Source of the DNA: Octopus vulgaris
Lineage: Eukaryota
DNA length: 64,000 bases
Reading direction: 5' to 3'
NCBI GenBank assembly: GCA_951406725.2
Contig: OX597834.1
Coordinates: forward strand, 24,924,001 to 24,988,000
In this document: in pieces, positions 55,448 through 64,000 of the stretch
How the letters are laid out: each line of letters opens with the position of its first letter
How positions within the stretch are numbered: position 1 is the stretch's first letter
Notes under the pieces: model-generated
The model's input: the letters and a program-made list of their open reading frames with translations, nothing else
Database searches by the model: none
What the model was told of the DNA's origin: nothing
Program-made: the position numbers and the translations under genes

Positions 55448-55879
55448 AAATCAAAATCGCTGACGTGGCCGATGACAGTACCGCCTGATTGGCACTCGTG
55501 CCAGTGGAACATTAAAAGCAAATCCGAGCGTGATCGCTGCTAGCGTCGCCTTACCGGCACATGCTCCGATGGTACGTGAAAAACAACATTCGGTGTGGTC
55601 GTTGCCAGTGCCGCTGGACTGGGTCCCGTGCAGGTAGTACGTAAAAAACACCTTTTGAGCGTGGTCGTTGCCAGAACCGCCTGACTGGCCTTCGTGCCGG
55701 TGTCGCGTAAAAGCACCCACTACATTCACGGAGTGTTTGGCGTTAGGAAGGGCATCCAGGTGTAGAAACTTTGCCAACTCAGACTGAGCCTGGTGCAGCC
55801 TATGGCTTACCAGTCCTCAATCAAACCGTCCAACCCATGCTAGCACGGAAAGCAAATGTTAAACGATGATGATGATGAT
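55448..55879 (+). mobile_element. Retroposon 3' region with four diverged ~65-bp units and a (GAT)n tail
   Basis: Units start at ~55462, 55526, 55592, 55657; then ggcgttaggaagggcatccag...aaacgatgatgatgat. Confidence 0.75.
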
Positions 55880-55884
55880 ATATA

Positions 55885-55950
<66 letters not shown>

Positions 55951-55968
55951 CATCATCATCATCATTAT

Positions 55969-56403
55969 TGGAGTGGCTGTGTGGTAAGTAGCTTGCTTAC
56001 CAACCACATGGTTCCGGGTTCAGTCATTTGACTGCGGCCATGCTGGAACACCGCCTTTATTCGAGCAAATTGATCCCATGACTTATTCTTTGTAAGCCAA
56101 GTACTTATTCTATCGATCTCTTTTGCCGAACCGCTAAGTTACGGGAACGAAAACACACCAGCATCAGTTGTCAAGCGATGTTGGGGGGACAAACACAGAC
56201 ATACAAACATACACACACACACACATATATATACATATATTCGATGGGCTTCTTTCAGTTTCCGTCTACCAAATCCACTCACAAGGCTTTGGTCGGCCCG
56301 AAGCTATAGTAGAAGACACTTGCCCAAGGAGCCACGCAGGGGGACTGAACCCGGAACCATGTGGTTAGTAAGCAAGCTACTTACCACACAGCCACTCCTA
56401 CGC
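55969..56403. mobile_element. SINE B head (+) fused to a near-full SINE B (-)
   Basis: Junction ccgggTTCAGTCatttgactgcgg at ~56019-56025; heads at both ends face inward. Confidence 0.9.
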
Positions 56404-56826
56404 CAAAAATTTTTTCTTAGTGTCTGTATATTTGTGATTAAATGTTTGTGTGCATATGTGTGTTTTTCCTATGATTATATGTCTGTGATTGAATAATTAT
56501 ACGTATGTGTGTTTGTGTATTTTGTTCCTAGATATAAATAATTATAGCTGAATGATGACGTAGAAAAGGCGATGAGTACGTACGTATATATCAAAGCCAT
56601 GTCAAACAAGCTTTCCTTTTAAATGAACTTTCTAAAACTAGAAATGCATAATTGGCTCATTAAACTTGTGGCCAGCCATTAAGGTTTTAATTAGCTATCA
56701 TCCCCCATGTGGTTTGTTTAGCTGACGACTGCCAGTTTTTGTCAGGTGAACGAACACTTTTTAATTGAAGGCCATTTCCTACGGAATGCGTCGCGAATAG
56801 AAATAAGCAAAATAAATATAGCGTAT

Positions 56827-57068
56827 TAATAATAATAATAATAATAATGATAATAATGATAATAATAATAGTGATGATAATAATAATAATAATAATAATA
56901 GTAATAGTAATAATAATAATAATGATAATAATAATAATGACAATAATAATAATGACAATAATAATAATGATAATGATAATAATAGTAATAATAATGATAA
57001 TAATAATAATAGTAATAGTAATAATAATAATAATAGTAATAGTAATAATAATAATAATAGTAATAGTA

Positions 57069-57108
<40 letters not shown>

Positions 57109-57212
57109 TAATAATAATGATGATGATGATATAATGATGATGACAATAATAATAATAATAAATAATAATAGTAATAATAATAATAATAATAGTAATAGTA
57201 ATAATAATAGTA

Positions 57213-57286
<74 letters not shown>

Positions 57287-57305
57287 GATAATGATGATGA
57301 TGACG
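56827..57305. repeat. (AAT)n/(AGT)/(GAT) trinucleotide tract
   Basis: Direct reading. Confidence 0.97.
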
Positions 57306-57387
57306 ATCATGAAGTAAAAGTTGATGATGACGACGACAAGCATGATATTAATAACAACTATTATTATTGTTAGCAGTAAGAACGAAT

Positions 57388-57457
<70 letters not shown>

Positions 57458-57774
57458 CATACATACATACATACATACATACATACATACATACATACAT
57501 ACATACATACATACATACATACATACATACATACATTACATAGATATATTAGACAGACAGATACTGGGTGCGTCATATACATTTACCAATTAGTTAAACA
57601 TAAGCTATGTACTTCAGTTGAGAAAAGATTGAGAGCAATGGTGAAAGAAAAATGGGAGCCATTTTGAATTGTGAATAGATGCAAAATTTTATCTATAAAC
57701 AATAAACCGGTAAACTTTCATAAACCCAAACCTAAAGCTTTTTATTTTATAAGAAAATAAATAATCGGTAAATA

Positions 57775-58200
57775 TACGAGGGGGTACGCAAAAGTAACCG
57801 GAAGCGTTCTCTGTGGTACAAGCCCACTGTAGTTCAGTCTTTCGCCGCTAGAAACCACTTGATGCGACCCTCAGGCATTAGTATGCCGGCCAGCGTCGTC
57901 GAATATAGTCCTACTGCCACGTGATGCGTCTTTGCTTTGCCGCCCACCGTATTGAAACCATCAAAGATTGGGTTTCAAGTTGCTGGAACATCCTGCATGC
58001 AGTCCAGATCTCGCTCCTTCCGACCGTCAACTCTTCGGACCGTTCACATATCCTTTACGAGGCCATCGATTTGGTACGAACAAAGAAGCGCATAAAGCGG
58101 TGCATAAATAGCTGCGCGGCGAACAAAAAACCTTCTCCGATGGAATAAGCAAGTTTGTGGACCGCCGGAAGAAGTGCATCGAAAAGAAAGGAGACGTGCA
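57775..58200 (+). mobile_element. Internally deleted mariner element
   Basis: TA-cgagggggtacgcaaaagtaaccggaa terminal; LGFKLLEHPACSPDLAPSD and KFVDRRKKCIEKKGD; 57856-57932 is related to 37036-37110. Confidence 0.82.
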
Positions 58201-58218
58201 ATTTTTGACATAAAATCA

Positions 58219-58249
<31 letters not shown>

Positions 58250-58325
58250 GTGTATGTATGTATGTGTGTATGTACGTACGTATGTATGTACGTATGTACG
58301 TATGTATGTATGTATGTATGTATGT

Positions 58326-58709
58326 GGAGGCGCAATGGCCCAGTGGTTAGGGCAGCGGACTCGCGGTCATAGGATCGCGGTTTCGATTCCCAGACCGGGC
58401 GTTGTGAGTGTTTATTGAGCAAAAACACCTAAAGCTCCACGAGGCTCCGGCAGGGGGTGGTGGTGATCCCTGCTGTACTCTTTCACCACAACTTTCTCTC
58501 ACTCTTACTTCCTGTTTCTGTTGTACCTGTACTTCAAAGGGCCGGCCTTGTCACTCTCTGTGTCACGCTGCATATCCCCGAGAACTACGTTAAGGGTACA
58601 CGTGTCTGTGGAGTGCTCAGCCACTTACACGTTAATTTCACGAGCAGGCTGTTCCGTTGATTCGGATCAACCGGAACCCTCGTCGTCGTAACCGACGGAG
58701 TGCTTCCCA
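58326..58709 (+). mobile_element. SINE family A (tRNA-derived), full length, within (TATG)n
   Basis: A box TGGCCCAGTGG, B box GGTTTCGATTCCC, tRNA-like head; other copies at 11422, 28675, 47171, 53815 and ~59183. Confidence 0.94.
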
Positions 58710-58750
58710 GTATGTATGTATGTATGTATGTATGTATGTATGTATGTATG

Positions 58751-58784
<34 letters not shown>

Positions 58785-59445
58785 TGTATGTGTGTGGATG
58801 TATGTATGTATGTATGTATGTATGTACGTGTGTATGTATTATTTATATACATACACTCATACCCACATACATATACACATGTATAGAGACATATAGATGC
58901 AAACACACACATACATATACATATATATATACGCGCGCACTTACACACACATCCACACACACTCACACACACTTCACATTGTAATTGTAACAAATTATGT
59001 GCAAAGAAGTAGGTCACATTTCATTTTGTGTCAGCTTTGAATTTTAAAGAATTTTTAGAATTTATATTTTATATTTGTTTTTACGTTTCCCTTGTATTCA
59101 TTTTCATATTTCAAACACGTTTTGGAAACACCGTCACCACCTCCTTCTAATTACGAACATATATCTATCTATATATCCAAGGACGCCTAGCTTAGTGGGT
59201 AGAGTGTTCCACACACAATCACGAGGTCGTGGTTTCAATTCCTAGACCGGGTGGTGAGTTGTGTTCATCTCACGTTGTTCTGCAATCACTTCGACACCTG
59301 ACGCGTGGCACACTGTGCCTCTGTTCGAAGGAGAAAGTGAGCTAATGTGCGGCACATGCATTCGATCATTATAAATCATTGGTGCAGAACATTTAGCAAA
59401 AGCTGAACGCTCATACATCGTCTTCTACGGTAAAGTTCATCATAT

Positions 59446-59481
<36 letters not shown>

Positions 59482-60254
59482 GCTCGCTCGCTCACATATA
59501 CGTATTTCTCAGCGTTTTTCTAAATAGGGGTGTTGAACTTCGGAAGGACGAGTAAATTGCGATGGATGTTGCTTTTTCCCAATGTAACTCATTAAATATT
59601 TAATGTGTATCATCTTTCTTGCGGCAACACATACATACATGCACACACATACTCGCATACATGCATACATGCATCCATCCATCCATCCATCCATACATAC
59701 ATACATACTACATACATACTTACATACACACACATGCATACATACATGCACGTTCACACATATATACATCTGTATACATACATATATATATGTATATATG
59801 TTTTTATATAAATGTATCTATGTATGTGTGTGATTGTGTGTATATATATATATATATATAATCATGCACGTGTGTGTATATGTGTGTGTGTGTGTTTGTG
59901 TGTAAGCGTTAGTTCAGGAACTCATTACTCTTCATACGTTTGACAATGTCCGATTTCCACTGAAACAGTTTCCCAGTGTGTCGTCAATGACTTTGAGTAT
60001 ATATTATTCCAATTTTGTTATCAGTACGTGGCCTAAACAGCAAAAAGAGGTAATGATGCATCCATTAATGCGCAAGTAACTAATATCATTAGCATGTGTA
60101 ATGAAGGCATTTGGAGGGATATTTTGTGAGAGTTTTTGAACGAGAAAATATGAATCCATTTTGATCCTTTGCGGTCAGTCGTCTACGTTGTGGTTCCGGA
60201 TTATATGCGGCACCTAGTGTTAAAAGAACTGTGTAACATGAAGAAATCCAACTC

Positions 60255-60474
60255 TACGAGGGCTGCAGAAAAGTTCCTGGATTAAAGGGTGCCTTGAAAG
60301 GCTTGGCTGGAGGCCCAACCTTCTGAGTTCATTCATAAGATTTAGAAAAACTGAAGGGCCGCTGCAATAAGTGTGTGAATCTCAGAGGGAAACATGTTCT
60401 ATAAAATCATAATTAACTTATCCTCTTGTATTTTCTTTTACCCAAAGCCAGGAACTTTTTAGTATTTCCTCGTA
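60255..60474 (+). mobile_element. Mariner-derived MITE
   Basis: tacgagggctgcagaaaagttcctgg ... ccaggaactttttagtatttcctcgta; internal LKGRCNKCVNLRGKHV resembles a mariner C-terminus. Confidence 0.82.
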
Positions 60475-60480
60475 CAACAC

Positions 60481-60534
60481 CAGATAAGCAAACATTAGGG
60501 GACTGAGCAGATAAGCAAACATTAGGGGACTGAG
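60481..60534. repeat. Perfect 27-bp tandem duplication
   Basis: cagataagcaaacattaggggactgag x2. Confidence 0.97.
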
Positions 60535-60989
60535 GAAACTAAGGCTCTGCTCCTTTAAGCAAAGACAGTACATTTATTACAATGTACTGTTTTCCCATCT
60601 AAAGTTAGAATCAAATGCAGCAATAGCTTAGGGTCCAAAGGGTGGCAGGTTTTCAATATGCTACCAAAAAATACGGGAAATTTGTTTTAAGGCATTCAAA
60701 CTAAAATTTCAATACTCTACTGTTAAAGATCTTACACGGGTTCACGTCACGAAGACACCTGTATGAGAGCAACAGTAGCATAAAGATCTATCTTTCACCC
60801 AACAGTAACTTTAGATGGACTACTGTAACATCAGCAACAATAGCGATGTTCTTGCTCGCATTATCTACGAACTGGAAACAGTAAAAATGTAAAAGAATTT
60901 CCCCTTACTTCCTTTTAAACACTTTGTGTTTGTACGATCTGTTGCCACGTGAAACCTCAATTACAATGTCGATGGCACTCACCGCTGAT

Positions 60990-61783
60990 GAGATGGCCGA
61001 GTTCTTAGCGCGCCGAGCGAAATGCTTAGCGGTATTTCGTCTGTCGTTACGTTCTGAGTTCAAATTCCGCTGAGGTCGACTTTGCCTTTCATTCTTTCGG
61101 GGTCGATTAAATAAGTACCAGTTACGCACTGGGGTCGATGTAATAGACTTAATCCGTTTGTCTGTCCTTGTTTGTCCCCTCTGTGTTTAGCCCCTTGTGG
61201 GTAATAAAGAAATAGGTATTTCGTCTGTCGTTACGTTCTGCGTTCAAATTCCGCTGAGGTCGACTTTGCCTTTCATCCTTTCGGGGTCGATAAATTAAGT
61301 ACCAGTTACGCACTGGGGTCGATGTAATCGACTTAATCCGTTTGTCTGTCCTTGTTTGTCCCTTCTGCGTTTAACCCCTTGTGGGCAGTAACGAAATAAG
61401 TATTATTTGAAGTACGATCTGCGTTCAAATTCCGCCGAGGTCGACTTTGCCTTTCATCCTTTCGGGGTCGATTAAATAAGTACCAGTTACGCACTGGGGT
61501 CGATGTAATCGACTTAATACCTATGTCTGTCCTTGTTTGTCCCCTCTGTGTTTAGCTCCCTTGTGGGTAATAAAGAAATAGGTATTTCGTCTGTCGTTAC
61601 GTTCTGCGTTCAAATTCCGCTGAGGTCGACTTTGCCTTTCATCCTTTCGGGGTCGATTAAATAAGTACCAGTTACGCACTGGGATCGATGTAATCGACTT
61701 AATCCGTTTGTCTGTCCTTGTTTGTCCCTTCTGCGTTTAGCCCTTGTGGGCAGTAACGAAATAAGTATTATTTGAAGTACGAT
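60990..61783 (+). mobile_element. SINE family C tetramer (duplicated dimer)
   Basis: Units start at 61031, 61215, ~61399/61419 and 61581; 3' flank agtattatttgaagtacgat is present at both 61399-61418 and 61764-61783. Confidence 0.95.
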
Positions 61784-62164
61784 TGAATAATTGTGACTAT
61801 ATTTGTATGAAGCCATTGGTATCATACTAAAAACACTCCACTACAGAAAGAAATTAGTCAAGCAACAATGCGTTACGGACTAGTCACATTTCATTTCGTT
61901 ACTAATCTATATGAGTGTGTCTCTGTATGTGTATGTGTGATGCATGTATATATGCATATATCTTTACATGAGTGCATATATGTTTTGTGTGTATGTGTGC
62001 ATGCGTGTGTGTTTGGCAAATTGGTTCTCAAACTTATCAGTATTCTGTCTTGAGCGAATCCGTTAAAAGAATGTGATAGTAACCCCATAAGTTTTAATCT
62101 AAATTCTACACCATTTATCAAAAATTCCATATCAGTGTACACATTGGGAGTAACATATGTTCAA

Positions 62165-62520
62165 AGTATCTTATTTCCAGAAAAAGTTTCCTGTTAATTA
62201 AGGAGTTTAACCTATTAACGATAATAAACCCGACCTCTTCCTTGAAAACCAAACTATATCTCTCGGTGACATATAAATGCCTCTGCTGCTGGAGTTGCCA
62301 AATGACAATCCCTCGGACAATAACGGTGAACACAATTTGAAAACTGAAGACCACATATGTCAAGAGCTAATCCCTAGAGGAGAGCACATATGGCGATGGT
62401 GTATTGTTCGAACGGTGAAGCTTGAGTTTGTTCGACAAACTTTTGTAGTCAACCAACCAACACCGTTTCGTTTCCACCACTTTAAACATCAAATGTGTAT
62501 ATTTATCCCCACTTAAACGT
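62165..62520 (-). pseudogene. Possible highly decayed PLE GIY-YIG endonuclease fragment
   Basis: Frameshifted pieces KSLSNKLKLHRSN / PLGIS.HM / KEEVGFIIVNRLNSLINRK resemble GIY-YIG C-terminal halves; a decayed hammerhead-like motif lies nearby (62645-62687). Confidence 0.35.
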
Positions 62521-62710
62521 GGAGGTTCTGTTAGAACAGACTTTACTTTGGCAGCTACCATGAGAGAAACTCTCAAAATGCACTCTTGTTTCTCTCGCTA
62601 GCTGCGAGATAAATCCCCTCACCCATATCCAGCGCCGAGACAGCCAGGTCACGTGATTTCGACCTTCCTTGGTCTTGTCCGTGATGGTGTGTGTAAGTGT
62701 ATTATGTATT

Positions 62711-62751
<41 letters not shown>

Positions 62752-62853
62752 TCTTAGGTTCCGGTTCTGGTGAGGTCGACTTTGCCTTTTGTCTCTTTGA
62801 GGTGGATAAAATAAGACTCGCGAAATTCTTGGCCTTGTGACAAAATTTGAAAC

Positions 62854-63797
<944 letters not shown>

Positions 63798-64000
63798 TTT
63801 TATTAAGACCTTTTCTCTCACTACATATACATATACAAACGTATATAATTACACACACGCATCCACACACACACACACGAATAGATATGCAAATACATGC
63901 AAGATTGAATTACATTAAGCATGTAATAAAAGATATATTCACTTAAAAATGGATTTCTGCCGGTGGAAGTGTGTATACGTGGCGTGCGAATATTAAATAT

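Noticed and set aside
58326-58400. tRNA gene
   Set aside because: A/B boxes are present but continue into a multi-copy SINE body without a proper acceptor stem.
62645-62687. GACC/GGTC-GAAA hammerhead-like motif on minus
   Set aside because: The core reads CGGACAA and there is no clear UH site; too decayed to call.

Overview
AT-rich animal genomic DNA. The SINE families resemble those I recall from octopus/coleoid cephalopods (inference, not searched). There is no intact protein-coding gene: almost all ORF-track entries are translations of (TA)n, (CA)n, (TACA)n, (TAGA)n, (AAT)n and (ACC)n microsatellites. The rest is a mosaic of mobile DNA. It includes three tRNA-headed SINE families (called A, B, C here; C forms ~184-bp tandem arrays), decayed RTE and R4/Dong-type (RLE) LINE pieces, mariner/Tc1, piggyBac-like and Merlin-like TIR elements, a Helitron and a Helentron-like element. 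The main hidden signal is a set of Penelope-like element (PLE) remnants sitting in or beside (TA)n tracts: a PLE reverse-transcriptase pseudogene (31.6-32.4 kb), one intact minimal type-I hammerhead ribozyme (22533-22577), about six degenerate or variant hammerheads from unrelated families, and seven long fold-back insertions. Most fold-backs follow the plan microsatellite-[inverted arm][arm + short unique tail]-microsatellite, and several are linked by sequence to the hammerhead-bearing families. All alignments were read by eye; no searches were run.
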